64,000 bases of DNA from Octopus sinensis (Eukaryota). Positions 24,916-39,584 of the stretch are shown here, in pieces. Under the pieces are notes generated by a model. The model made no database searches and had not been told where the DNA came from. It saw only the letters and a list, made by a program, of their open reading frames with translations. The position numbers were made by a program, and so were the translations under genes. Positions within the stretch are counted from its first letter, which is position 1. Each line of letters starts with the position of its first letter. The DNA lies in the NCBI RefSeq assembly GCF_006345805.1, contig NC_042997.1:71114001-71178000 (forward strand), in the 5' to 3' direction.

Positions 24916-26835
24916 ATTATTTCTAAAACCGAAGATAAGAGATATTTCCAGCTTTCAACGCCGCCAGTTCCCTTTAGAAATTCCCAGAATTCGCAAACTT
25001 TCGAGTATCACAAGCTATAAAACTTAGTTTCTAAAACAAATCATCTCCCCAAAATTAATTTTAAGTATTCTTAATTAGCCACACTAAGTGCTTGTTCTTA
25101 AAGGTAACAGTCCTGAATTACATCTCAATAGATAGAGACTCGGAGGTGTGCGTATGATAATGTTATCATATGATAATGTGACCAGCTTTGATCAATAAAA
25201 TCCGATTACTCCTCTATGGACATGTAGTGGTTAGTGTATTAGGTTGGTATGAAATAGCCGTCTACCAAATGTAGCATGTAGTTGTAACGCTTGAGGTTCT
25301 CACGATGGAGATCCAGTGAAGAACATCGAAGAATAACACCAAAAAGGAAGGAATATTATTTACTTTTTTTACTTGCCTGGTTAGTAATTGTAGTGATAGT
25401 GACAAAAGGTTCGCCCCCTGGTTGGTAGTCGATAGCGTCAAGTTGCGTTTTGCTAGTAGAGAGAGAGAGAAAGAGTAAGGAATGCGCTGTGCTGACAAGA
25501 GAGTAAGAAACGATAAAGGTGGCATCGTTGTTTCTTGATTTCGGCCGAAAGCTTCTCTTGCGACTGAAGGACGAAGGGAAGTGTTGCTCTTGATCATGGA
25601 GGACAGAGGGCGAGAAAGGAAATGGTATCTGCTATATATCTCTGGCCAGGAATGTAGGTAAAATTCTAAACAAACGACTAAGCTTTCCGTGACCAGCAAG
25701 GTCTAAAGAGATGAAGTGTTTCCCATTAATCATCCAATGAGGAGATGCAAACAAAGGATTTCCCGTTTGCTTGACAAGCAACAAGCGAGTGGATTTGGTT
25801 TCACATCTCAGATAGGGCCAAGCGAAGTCCTACAGGCATAAATTCTTCTGCCGTCTTCCATAATATACTCTGAAGGATCACAGACATGTATCTTTGTGTG
25901 AATATGTAAAATTGTATGAAGAGGAAGTGAATTCAGTAACTACTTGCCAACACATATGCATGTGAACACGCACGCACACATACATGCTTAAAAGCTAAAA
26001 TACCTGAAATAGAGCTACACCCTCTCAAATTAGCTGAAAAGAATGGCCCCGACACTACCTAATAAGGATAACATTAATTGTTTAATTGCAAAGTCTGAAG
26101 TTGTAATCAAAATGAATTGTAATGCGCACTGCATAAACCAACAGAAAGAATAAATTCGGCTTCAGATGTCTTTAGTGTCCCATGAGCCCAAAGTTTTCGA
26201 ACTTTTTGAACCTGACTTTTAAAATCTGTTATCTGATAACAGATAAGAGTTTTTAAAATACACCAACAACTTTTAGGGCACACCACACAAAATTTTAACA
26301 AAATTATAATAATCGAATGTTTCTTAGGTAAATACATATATATGCACATCCATTGACACCTTGTTAATCTAAATACCTATGACTATATGAGCACCAGCTC
26401 TGTCACTCACCAAGCTCTTAATTTGGACACAACCGAGGATGATATTATTAACAGTCATCGATTGACACCCAACATGAATAACAAGAAAAATGACCCCTTT
26501 ATCACTCGTGAATGAATTACATTTTTAAAAATATTCCTTTGGAATTTTGAGCAAAAGAGAATTAGTGAATTCTTGATAGCGAATTCCTCCGTTATAGCTG
26601 GTTGAATTAGAATATTTCCTGCGTAAAATAGCTATATGATTTTAAAAAATGCTAAAAGAATATTCATTTATTCAGTAACACAATCCTCCTTTCACAAAGA
26701 ATAACTATCTTGCTTAAGTGAGTTTAGTAACGCACAAAAGCAGGAAAGGTGACTGCTTTCCTTTATGAAAACTTTGTTGAGAAATAAACGATTCCCTCTC
26801 CCCTTTTTTAACAAACGATGTGATATGAAGATATT

Positions 26836-27324
26836 CGAGATGCGTTCAAAAAGTATCCGACTTTCTTTTTTCTTGACAAAACTAATACCACGTGGGTAAA
26901 ATACTTTGCGTGGGAGGTAATGCCAAAATTTTTGCGCGTGCGTAAAACTTTTTGCGCCGGTAGGCCGTGTCAGTTCCTAGCTTTTACGCCTAGTGTACAG
27001 ACGTATAGTGCTCAACAGAAGCAACTCCGTTTTGAAATCGCTCAGGATATGCTGGACTGTGCAAACCACGACCCATACTTCATGAAGACCATCATCAACA
27101 GTGATGAGACACGGATTTGTGGCCTCTGCTCAATGCGTTCGGTCATCTTGCGTGAAAACGAAAATCCAACGAGGCACACTACACGTCTGTACATAACAGC
27201 CGAGAACTGAGGCGGCGGGCGAGAAAATGTCCACGAATGCGCATGCAGGGTGACGTCATCCCCCATCCAAAGGATTCTGAACACGCGGTATTAGTTTTAG
27301 CAGTACTTTGTGAACGCATCTCTT
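26836..27324. mobile_element. Rearranged mariner derivative with two inward-facing 5' ends
   Basis: TIR cgagatgcgttcaaaaagta / tactttgtgaacgcatctc; + strand QQKQLRFEIAQDMLDCANHDPYFMKTIINSDET; - strand start MTERIEQR. Confidence 0.75.
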
Positions 27325-28544
27325 ATAGTACTGGAGACATAAAAAAGTCAATTTTGCATTTGATCAAATTAATATAGTACGAGTTCAGTGCACGACACTG
27401 AAATAGATGATAATTTTCTAACGTTTTTCGAAAAAAGCCACATCTTGATAACTGATGTTTTTCCATATGTTTGAAAATATTAATATTTTGCTACACTGCT
27501 TCCTAAAATCATAACCCACAACATGAAACTCAGATTAACGATTTCATAAATTTCGGATTTTATTAAAATATATACACCCTCTTTTGTGCATTGAGGAGTT
27601 TTGCCATATATAAAAACACATGCATTCAATATATAAGTGCACGAGACATACTCAAGCATACGCACACGCGCACACACGAAAAGAAATCCACACACAAAAC
27701 AAACGCACACAAATGCAGACGCTCATATGCACACACGATTGCACATACATACAAGTATCATCAAAGATGAAAAAATGTCGAGGATATTCGGAAGAGGCGT
27801 TTTAAGGAGATACTGTCGTGGAAGAGAATATATTGGCATGCCAAAACGCTATTCAAATCCCAGACACCAGAATTCATAAGAAATATTAACATTGAATAAG
27901 TGTTAGAGTAGGAAAGATTTGTCGTTAAAATATCTAAAAAGACTGATGAAATGTGTAAAATATATCAATAGACTTACAGTGAGGCGCTATTTGCTAGTTG
28001 TTTGAGTGCCTCTTAAAGGCTTTTGGAAGCCAAAGATGTGTGATTGTGAGAAGCGATGAACGAATAAGTCGTTTCGTTGTAAGAAGCGTTAAAGCACACA
28101 TACAGTAACATGCACATACACACACATATATACATACACATACGTATGATATATATTTAAACACGCGTATATATGGGTAAATATACATAAATATGCACAT
28201 GAATATATAAATGTTTGTATGCATATGTATATGTAGGTATATATGTATCTGTGTGTGCGCATATACCTATAGACAAAGATATATGTTTATATATATATTT
28301 GTGTAAATATATATCTATATATATATATATGCACATATTTACATACTTATATATGCATACCCACATATAAATGCACACACACACTTGTATATACTATACA
28401 TATATATATATGCTTATGTCCATGTGAGTATGATTATATACATGCAAGTGTATATATATATATATATATATATGCTTATGTCCATGTGAGTATGATTATA
28501 TACATGCAAGTGTATATATATATATATACACGCGTACAGAGATG

Positions 28545-28617
<73 letters not shown>

Positions 28618-28631
28618 ATAGATAGAGAGAG

Positions 28632-28666
<35 letters not shown>

Positions 28667-29054
28667 TATATTTATTAATTAATTTTTTGTCAGGAATGCA
28701 GGCAGTGCCCATATCTCTATGCAGAGTCTTGAAACTAGTGTGAGTGAGGCAGGAAGGAATCAACCAACCAGAAGCGTACAGCGTATGCTAGCATAGAATG
28801 GACACTGTTAAAGGCACCGAAAGTGTCATGTGGTAGTGGAACCCATGAAGGCCATGACAAGATTTGGACTCAGAGCGAGGACAGTGGAAGGAAATACTAC
28901 GAAGTATTATGTCGGCGACTTCCAGAAATACCAATTTCCCTCCCATTTGTTTTACAGATGTATGTATGCGTTCGTGTGTTTGTACATTTATGCCTATCTT
29001 CGTTTCCACCCTCTATCTCACTTTCTCACACTCTCTGCCTGTCTGTCTGTCTGC

Positions 29055-29155
<101 letters not shown>

Positions 29156-29486
29156 TGAGTGTGTGTGTGTGTTATAATTTAGAACAAACAGTAAAAGGTT
29201 GTCATTATAGTACTCTGAGTTTCGAATGTGGGAGCGAAGAGCTACGATACATTCTCGTCGGCTATTAATGGCAACAGAGGTTATGAAAATAGCGTTGAAT
29301 AAAAAGGAAGTTACTCTAATAGGTAGAAGAAAATACGCGCAACCATATTCTCACAATATGTTTGTGTTTAGAATTTTGGATTTCGTTAGTTTTACACATG
29401 TTATATATATATATATATAGGCGCCAATATGGCCGCAGTCAAACGACAGAAACAAATCAATGAATACACACCACACACATATAGAT

Positions 29487-29797
29487 GGCACTTCGTAGGT
29501 TATGACGACTAGGGTTCTAGTCGATTCGGTCATCAGAAAAGCCAGTTCGTGAAATTAACGTGGATATGGCTGAGCATTCAACAAACATGTGTACTCTTGA
29601 CGTAATTCTCAATGAGATCCAGTGTAACACATAGTGTGACAACGCTGGCCTTCTGAAATAAAGGTACTACATATTTTTACCAGAGGATTAGAGCAACGGG
29701 AAACAAAGTGTCGTGCTCAAGAACAAAACGTGCCGTCGGGAGTTGAACTCACTACATTACGATCGTAAGCCGAATACTCTAACCACTAAAACATACA
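29487..29797 (-). mobile_element. tRNA-derived SINE family 3
   Basis: Minus strand tagtggttagagtattcggc..gagttcaactcccg..gttcttgagcacgacacttt; related to 63847-63990. Confidence 0.7.
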
Positions 29798-29855
29798 CCT
29801 TCACTATATATATGTGTGTGTGTGGGGTATATGTGTGTGTATATATATGTATATA

Positions 29856-29927
<72 letters not shown>

Positions 29928-30013
29928 CCTATTTCAAAATTTGGTATGTGGTGAAGCAGTTAGGTGACCTCTAATTATAATTATGCTTACAATTAGAGAA
30001 TATTTGTACACAC

Positions 30014-30116
<103 letters not shown>

Positions 30117-30230
30117 CACGTGATCACGTGACCGACCAGTCCATCAGATGTAGTTACACATCGCTGGTCACAATGCGTTCGCATTGTTTTAGCCTTCGAA
30201 TGACGCCACCCCGCTGACTAAGTGAGCAGG

Positions 30231-30261
<31 letters not shown>

Positions 30262-30281
30262 CTTTTCTACTACTGTAAGAA

Positions 30282-30447
30282 TCTCCACGACAGTAATACA
30301 CTTTTTACGTAGGCAAAGAGAAAAAACAATGGAATTAAGTAATTAAAGCACTTTAATCTCGAAAACGCGTCTGTGGCTAATGGGAGTCGTGTTGATTCAT
30401 TGTTTTTCTCTTTGCCTACGTAAAAAAGTGTGTTACTGTCGTGGAGA
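30282..30447. repeat. Fold-back, 50-bp arms, probable PLE terminus
   Basis: 30282-30331 inverted at 30398-30447; loop contains gaaaacgcgtc (hammerhead stem III-like remnant). Confidence 0.7.
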
Positions 30448-30650
30448 GAAAAGGAATTTTTAATTCTTATTTCTAAATTCGGTGTGTAGTGAAGCAATTA
30501 GATGACCCCTAATTATAATTATGTTTTTAATTAAAGAATATTTGTATAATTTTACCTATAAAGGTTATTTTAACCTACTGATCTACTTGGTAAAATTGTT
30601 AATTAATTGATTAATTAATTAATTTAATTAATTTTACCCTTTTATTATTA

Positions 30651-31020
30651 ATAAACACCACCATCCTCACTGGCACCCATTACCGCCCTTATCACGTCAC
30701 CGATTCCTTTACCTACAGCTGCAGTAATGTTATTTACTATACCTCCTGCTCTCTCTCTCTCTCTGTCTCTCTCTTTCCTTTCCTTTACATTGGTCAAACG
30801 AGACACCGCTTGGCTGACCGATTTCCGGAGTACTTCCGAGATATCAGACTCGGAAATGACATCCAGGTCTCGCGCCACTTCAGTTCTATCTGTCATTCGC
30901 TGCAACACCTGTCTGCGTTCGGACTGTCTGTGCACAGGGGCCACCTGGACTCCCACTTCGTCATGAACTGGAATTAATCTTCTCTCTTCATTCCTTTGCG
31001 CCATGTGGTTTCAACGCACT
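30651..31020 (+). pseudogene. PLE GIY-YIG endonuclease remnant with (CT)n expansion
   Basis: DSFTYSCSNVIYYTSCSL..YIGQTRHRLADRFPEYFRDIRLGND..VSRHF..ELIFSLHSFAPCGFN. Confidence 0.85.
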
Positions 31021-31586
31021 ACTCTATTCATCTGACACGAACCCCACACACCTCCCACATTCAACTGCCCCCTTCACCTATACACCTGCATACCAACTAC
31101 CTCGGTACCGTCGCCCCACACACACACCACTCTACAAACACCCATACACACTGTTCAACTCATTACTCACTTCACCCACCGTTACACCAGCACTCCACCA
31201 AACACTTTCCAACTTCACACACTTGCACCGAACCCTTCTCATTACCCATACCACACATCATTATCCACACACCCACACCCAATCTCCAATAGCGTCAACG
31301 CACATACCACTATCCGAGCAGCCACACACGCTGTTTAACTCAGTACAAACACCGCACACCATCATGCATACTCCCACACAATACCTGAACACAGACGATA
31401 TATACATACACACGCAATACGCATAAATACGCAACACGCAGAGACAAAGATAACTTTCACCCACAAACATACACTATACGTATGCAAACTCTTTGATCAC
31501 AGATACACGCACACACACATACACACTCACACAACGATTCTCACGTACACACACACGCCTTCGCACCTTAGTTCATTGGAGTCATT

Positions 31587-31592
31587 GTTACC

Positions 31593-31691
<99 letters not shown>

Positions 31692-31694
31692 GTT

Positions 31695-31730
<36 letters not shown>

Positions 31731-31735
31731 ATCAT
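31587..31735. repeat. (ATT)n(GTT)n microsatellite
   Basis: Direct inspection. Confidence 0.95.
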
Positions 31736-32336
31736 CATCTCTCTTTCATTCAGTCTTTTTTTCAGTCATCACGCCATGTTGGACCGCTGAATTCTGCACA
31801 TTTTTCTCTCTCGGGTTTTTTATTGTCTCTCAATTTTTTCCTATAAACCCTTTCTGTCGGAAAGCGTAGGCACGAAACGTAAAAGACCTTTCCATTTTTC
31901 CCGAGAGTTAAACTAATTGTTCCTACACACACACACACACACACACACACATCGTTAATCAAATATATTCGATGCACATACAATATACTGAATTTCTAAT
32001 AAGTGCTCTTGGTAGGGAAATGTGTAAAACATTAAAGGTATTTCGACATTTAATAGGTGCTATTATATATTATATTATAAAATAATTGAATTCAATTAGA
32101 TACTTAAATTCAGGCACCTTGCTAGTTCGGTATAATCTACACACCCCAACAAAATTATTTGAATATTGATTACAAAACTCCGTGTATTTGTACCCTATAT
32201 TTCTGTCGTATGTGTGGACAACGCAACCCAGCTAGGTGAAGATTTAGACATGTACATTTTATAAAGTTACTTTCTATAGTATTTCCGAAATGCAGATTCC
32301 CAGTTAAGTGAACAGAATATAAATAACAATAAAGTA

Positions 32337-32478
32337 TAGGTGTCACTTCATTACGGCCGTTTCAAGCGGCTCCATTTAATTGATTAATGACGAGAACAGT
32401 TTCTTTCAAATTGATGTAAAGTTTTCATTAATCAGTTAAATGGAGCCGCATGAAACGGCCGTAATGAATTGACACCTG
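32337..32478. mobile_element. 142-bp Tc1/mariner-type MITE
   Basis: 54-bp TIRs (aggtgtcacttcattacggccgtttc.. / ..gaaacggccgtaatgaattgacacctg), TA on both sides. Confidence 0.85.
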
Positions 32479-32502
32479 TACATCGTTCTTACTTATTTGT
32501 AT

Positions 32503-32585
<83 letters not shown>

Positions 32586-32680
32586 GTGTCGATAAAACTT
32601 ACTTGTGGCGTTCAATCATATAATATAAATAATATATATATTTATATGCATATATACATAGGTATATGTACATACTTACA

Positions 32681-32714
<34 letters not shown>

Positions 32715-32722
<8 letters not shown>

Positions 32723-34200
32723 TTTGTGGGCACAGGACGTCACGAAACGTGTACAACAAATAAATACTAAGCACTAGTTCATGAACTATTTTCGAACAAC
32801 GAAAGACACAAATGGAAAACCAAACAAACAACATAAAGAACGACCCTTTATCTGTTGTTGGCTGTTTTTCTAATCTCGTATTTCGAGCATTTAGCAAGAA
32901 TATACGCTTTTGATGAAACAGTTGCTCCCGCAAAGCAAATTAAATAAAATTTGGGATTTTGCGGAGGGTCCAAATTGGTAACACAAACAGGACAGTGACA
33001 TATAACAGGACGTCAAACATTAAGGCAAGGTAAACATCTCAAGTTATATACAATACTATTATAGGAAGAAATTCAAAATCTTACAGTTGTTTCTGGGATA
33101 TTCCCGAGTATGGGATATTCTGTTATCAGAGACAAATTGGGGAAAGAGTAAGGAAAATTAGAATGTTATATATCAATAAGATAACAACATAGAGGAAGGA
33201 AGTAAAAAAATAAGGAGATGGAAAGAGAGAAGAAAAAAGAAGCATAAACGTTCATAGTTCAACTTTCCGAAGTTATAGAAACCAAAACATGAGTCCTTAG
33301 GTGCAATTCTGCGTAGATCCATGAGCGTAAGTCTTTAGGTGCAATCCTGCGTATATCCATGTGGGTTAAAGTCCTGATATAGTAGACATCACAAGAAAAA
33401 ATACGCGAACATAACAACGTTTAACTAAAACAGAATGGTAACGGTGGTGGCTATTAATTGGTAAAAGTAAAGAAAATAAATAGAAAGAGAGGTGGATAGA
33501 TTGAGGTAGGGAGGATTATAAGGATTGGCTATAGGATAAAAGAAGGTGCATATGTGTATGGAGTCTAAGAATTGTGTACAGGGTAGCCGAGAAGATAAGA
33601 GAGACGATGATGAGCTAGAAGAAAATAGTGTAAAAAATTAGAGTGAAATGAAAGGAATTTGAAGAGTATAGTAGATGTCTGGTAGTTTCAAAGTCTAAAG
33701 TTGTTGGGGGTGGAAATTTGATAGTAATTTCTTGTGTCCGTCCTCGCTAAGGTCAGTGGCTGTAGAGTTATTTTTAGCAATGGGGATGTGTGTAGGTAGG
33801 TAGTCGAGAAAGGAAGAGCTAGTTGAATATTAAATTACTTATGAGTGAGAGTTAGAGTTATGTATTTATAGTAGAGGATTTATTGGGTTAAAGTTTAAAA
33901 TAAATTAAGGATAAGTTAAAGAATTAATATTTATCTCATAGTGTGATGAGGTACGGTAGATATGAGGTAAAACATAAGATAGAAATGAGTCATCGCGATA
34001 TAGAAGGGGTATGCGTTAATGATCATTAGGGTATGTATGTGGGTGCTATTCGTTGGTGTGGGGTGAGCTTACATTTAGATTTATGAAAGAATTTAAAAGT
34101 GCGGAATAAATTGTCCTTACACGTAGTGAAGGCCGCGTTGTATTTATTAAGCAATTGTAGTGAGTTGTGGATTAGAATTTTGAGAGCTTCTTTTAAGCAA
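32715..34200 (-). mobile_element. Probable degraded PLE-related repeat with long pyrimidine-rich region
   Basis: Abuts (TA)n at both ends, strong strand bias, internal 37-bp tandem duplication at 33293-33362; no diagnostic protein motif recovered. Confidence 0.35.
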
Positions 34201-35640
34201 AGTCCACAACTATATGTATATATATATATAAACACAGACATACACATATATACATGCGTTTGCACGTGATTGTGTGCTTGTGAGCGTTAAAAGAATAGGT
34301 GCGTCGAAGAAAAGTATGATAGTGTATTTGTTTCTTTCTCATTTATAACTGTTTACACCCTGATCGACTATACTCTTTTCCAGTACATGACAAGTAAAAT
34401 TCCTGAGAACTGAATCGTTTATGGGTAGTACTAAAGCATGGCTGCTCTGTAGTGATAGAAATCGCTAAAATATCCAAACTTTTTGGCTATCTAGTGTGGC
34501 AGACTGACACAAGACATTTATATTGTACTCCAAGATACATCATTTTGAATGATTTTAAGTATACACGTTTGGTGTGGTGTGATAAGATCAATTTATCGCT
34601 CAGCAATCTTGTCAAGCATAAACGACATAGGTCATGAGGCTGTTAAAACCCTGTTATGAAGACGTATATCATATATATCTGACATCTAATCGTGTGTTTT
34701 TACTCTCGTAAAGAAAAAAAATTCCAATGACATCTACTTCTCTTTTATTGGTAGTGTGGTGCAGAGGGTACGGAGGGATAATCACTGTTAATTTCGTTTC
34801 ACTATTTTATGTTCGAATTCTTTCGGACAGATGAACATTACTATATCTTCCTATCTCATTTCTCCTTCTTTCATTCTTAATCTTATTCTCTGTCAAAAGA
34901 AAGAGAGAGAGAGAGAGAGAAAGAGAGTGAGAGAGAGAGAGAAAGAGAGCGAGAGAAAGAGAAAGAGATAGAGAACTAGTCAGACAAACAATCAGACAGA
35001 CAGAAACAGAGAAATGTGTACTGACAATAGTGATGAAGAATCTCTTCATTCGTTTCAGGAAATTTCCTGTTCGTTTTAACGATCTCCTTTGTCCACGCAA
35101 TCAATATCTTTATCTATAACACATTGTTGTTTTCATTTATATAGAACCAGTGTTCTATTTGCTTGATACTTTGTTGTATTGCCTCAGAGCAAGACTGATC
35201 GAGTAGACCTATGATTGAATGCTGTAACTATCCTATTTTCTCAGTCATAGTTTATCTCAGATCATACTTTCCAATATATTCTTCCTTCTTTCTAAAAGAT
35301 AGTAGAGTTTAGTTTCAGGAAAAGAGATTTAACTGACATTTCTAGCAACCATATAGAGTATCATTCACTGATTCTTGGACTGGTGCTTCAAAATTTTTCG
35401 AAGTTGAACTTTTATCTGAGTTCGATAATGAATATAACTAGCAATGGATGGAACATTTGCCAGTATTGGTATTGACTTTGCGCTCAATAACTCATAAATC
35501 GATATAGCGTTTGTTATCACAGTTATGAGAAAGGTACATAATTAATCCCCCAAGAAAACCTGAATAATTGTAAATCATACCAAATGGTTACTAGTTCTAA
35601 TTGTTTATTAATTAATATTTACGGTCTTAAATATATACAG

Positions 35641-35671
<31 letters not shown>

Positions 35672-35999
35672 TAAATTAGAGATAAAACCACTATTAGGCA
35701 AATCAAACAGTGAAAATCATAAGCCAATACATAGAAATAAAATTAATTAAAAAATATAAAAAATATAAAATATAAAATATAAAAATCAAATCAAAATATT
35801 TAAATTAAAGTTAAAATTTTAAAAAATTATTTAAATTAATAAATTAAACTTATAAATTTTAAATATATATATTTATTATTATTTTATTTTTCATTTATTT
35901 ATTTATTTATTTTTATTTATTTTATTTATTTTTTTTATTTTTTATTTTTTTAAACTATCAAAAAGTATTAAAAGTTTAATATAAGATAAAGAGTAAAAA

Positions 36000-36098
36000 C
36001 ACTACGATCGTTTCATGCCAGTAACCAATTCAAATAACAATAATAATAACTTAAATTCAATTAATAATTCGAATTATTGTTACAGTCAATCTTCAGGC
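36000..36098 (-). ncRNA. Hammerhead-like motif with long stem II, in a probable PLE terminus (35670-36130)
   Basis: Minus strand CTGAAGA t tgactgtaac..gttactggca t GAAAC gatc GTA; stem III palindrome ACGATCGT; stem I weak. Confidence 0.55.
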
Positions 36099-36490
36099 TA
36101 ATTGTAATATTTTAATAAATAATCAGAAATATTTAAACAATATTTTTTAAGAAATAAATAATATAATACATTTTCTTATAAAAAACTCTATTATCAAACT
36201 AGAAACTTAACGACGATTAGTGACGATTGAACTTGTCCATCTATCTATCTATCAATCTATCTATATATATATCTATCAATCTATCTATCTATATCTATCT
36301 AGATGACTAGCTGTGCGTGTGTGTGTGTTGTTCAAAACAGCTACATTCGGATTCCGTGCTACTTTTGAAGCCCCTATCGGGGAGCTTCGGAAGTTAAAGT
36401 AGCACGGAATCCGAATCAAACTGTTTTTTAACCCCCAATAAATGTGTTGAATGCCTTTCTTCCGTTTGTACACACACACACACACACACA

Positions 36491-36521
<31 letters not shown>

Positions 36522-36615
36522 TACACACACATACACACACACACACACACACACGAAACAAAATAAATTTGAGATAAGTGGTACGAGTACGAGTTAAATC
36601 GCTGACTGAAGTTCA

Positions 36616-36830
36616 TATTCTTTTGTACACCAGGCACAAGGACCGAAATTTTGGGGGAGGGGGTAGTCGATTAGATCGACCCCAGTACGCAACTGGTGCT
36701 TAATTTATCGACCCCGAAAGGATGAAAGGCCAAGTCGACCTCGGCGGAATTTGACCTCAGAACGTAGCGGCAGACGAAATACGGCCACGCATTTCGCCCG
36801 GCGTGCTAACGTTTCTGCCAGATTGCCGCT
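36616..36830 (-). mobile_element. SINE family 1
   Basis: Near-consensus copy (gcggcaatctggcagaaacgttagcacgccgggcgaaatgc on the minus strand). Confidence 0.9.
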
Positions 36831-37831
36831 TTTTGAAGTTCATATTCACCGTAGGTTTATACTTAAACGCACACACACACTCAGTACAAGGATCCGGATA
36901 CAAACTTGTACCTCTATAGCATGTGGTGAGTTCGTACTCTATAGAAACTACGAAAGTACGTATACAGTACTGTCTTTCTGTTATATAAATATATAACGAG
37001 AGTGAGAGAGAGTTGATAGAATTTTGTTAAGTAGGTCAGTGGAATCACCGGTAAAAGACTCTAAATAATGTACATAAAACAAAACTACAGTCATTTGAAA
37101 ATCTTAGCTCTGTAGATCGAGAATATGTGAAAACATGCTAATGTTCTCTTCAGTAAACAGGACATTAACCTGGAATTCTTTTAAATACACACAGAATTAA
37201 TTGATAATATTTTCTACGCCTCTTTAGTGAAAATGTGCCGTTATTCTTCGAGTAACAAGGAAAAGGTTGAATCTAAATGATATATAAGAGTTATCAGGAT
37301 ATACACTAACAACACTAGTCGATCCCATAACCTAATGGAACAAACAGGAAGAATAGAATTCTATACTTTATTATATCCATATTTCTAATCGTAGAAAAGC
37401 TACTGGTGTAATTTAAAGGCTTACAGACCCGTGCATTATACTTATTAAACTGTAATGAGTGTCCTGCACAAAACTCTGGGCTCTTGAATTACTTTCATAA
37501 CTTTGTAGCCGGTCAATATGCTGCCACAGATTCACTCATATAAATATATATATGGGCATACACACACAAATATATAACAGAAGCATTAGCCGACCTTGTC
37601 AGGGCTTATAGAAACATATCAAAAACAATCACATAGCTTATAACATTATTCTTCACTGTGCAACCTTTTGCCAAAATTTCGGACTGCTTGGGGAAATAAG
37701 TGGTCTATTACTTGAAACATATATACGTAAATGCATGCGCGCGCACACACACGCACACAATCACACACAAATACGCACACACACTGACACACACAAACAT
37801 ACACACACAGTCTACACACAATTGCATGCAT

Positions 37832-37868
<37 letters not shown>

Positions 37869-38095
37869 TACATACATACATACATATACATACATACATA
37901 TATACATACATAAATACAATCACACACAGACAGAAAAATAGATAGAGAGAAATATAAATTCCTTGAAAAAATGTCGACAAGTAGGTTGCTTCCCAACCAC
38001 ATACTTCCAGATTTACTCTTACTGCGTGCTACCTTGGGCAAGTACCTTCTTGACACTGATTTAGGTGATGGAAACTGAAAGAAGCCCGTTGTATA

Positions 38096-38153
<58 letters not shown>

Positions 38154-39584
38154 GTGTGTGTGTATACATATATGTGCGAACGTGTATGTGTATGTGTGTC
38201 AGTTTTTGTACTTACCCACACCACTGCTTGACAACCAATGTTGGTTCAGCAAGATACTGAAGTGAAATTATTCGACTAAACTATGCAAGGGGTAGTCGCA
38301 AGAGATAAAAGATAAAATCTGTAATTTGCCCAAGAACCTCGACTCAATGGAATTTGTTAGATTTTAGTAAGATCAATCAAGTTAAGCTTCATAAATGTGC
38401 GTAAATGAAGAAACAAACAGCTGTAGAACTAAAAACAATATTTTACTCTTAAATTTATTGTGTTTTGCTGACGCTGCAATAATTATGATGTTGCGGCTGG
38501 TGCCATTACATAGACATTGCCCAAAGACAACAATAATAAGGAATTCACAAATTCATTGATTATATCTATGTTCCACTCAGCAAACAAAGACTACATAATT
38601 TTTTATTTTATTTCCTTATTTTTTTTTGCAAGAATTTATTGGTAAAAGGAACATTGTTTACATTCTCTTGAGATGCCATCTTCGTTTCTCAGTCTTTCGA
38701 TATTTAACTCTTTACCTCTCTCATTCTATCTCTTTCTCTCTTGCTTACTTTCTCTTTCTCTCCTAACAACTCTTTATTTTTGGCTATATGCTCCTGTAGC
38801 TATCCATCTCTAGATTTTCAAATATAACTATTACTCTCCTTATTTCAACTTCTTTCTGTTTTTCTTCAACCTCATTATTTCTGTATCTCTATCTCTTCTC
38901 TCTGCTGCCTTATACATATGCACGCACGCCAATAAAGGTAGAACATTTTTCGATTGGTATGTAAAATACATCACTATATTTGACATAACACTTAAGTATG
39001 ACATTTTTAAAAAATGTAAAATATATTATAAAAGAAAAAGTGAAAACAATAATATACAATAGTATACAATAATATGTGAAACTGAATTCTACCAAATTTA
39101 TCATTACTCATTATCTTTCCTTACTTTTCGAGATTTTCTCTACGTCTTCTTTACTCATTTTGTATAACTTTTAATGAACATGTATTTCCATACACGTAAT
39201 TGATTATAATCATGCCCTTGAACACTAGATCATTGTTTGTAAATGGTTCATAGCATATATTGTTATATTATATACACACACATATATACATACACATATA
39301 TACGTATGTATATGCACGTATGCACACAAACACACATTAATATAGTATAAGAATATATATATATATATATATATCAGACGAATACGGAGATTTGTACATC
39401 TGTATATCTTTATTTCTACAGTCAATTAAAATTGACTGTAGAAATAAAAAATATGTAAATGTACTAATATCAATTTTTATTGTACTAATGTGGGTTATAC
39501 AATCGGTAAAATATTTATAATCCAGCGAAGCAAAACCAGGACTCAGCCATTGGATTAAATTCATTGGGATTGCTTAGCTTAGGT

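Noticed and set aside
28700-28950. Possible RTE-like 3' remnant (GHC*RH..)
   Set aside because: Needs several frameshifts; similarity too weak to call by eye.
30648-31004. 118-aa minus-strand ORF
   Set aside because: Antisense to the GIY-YIG remnant.
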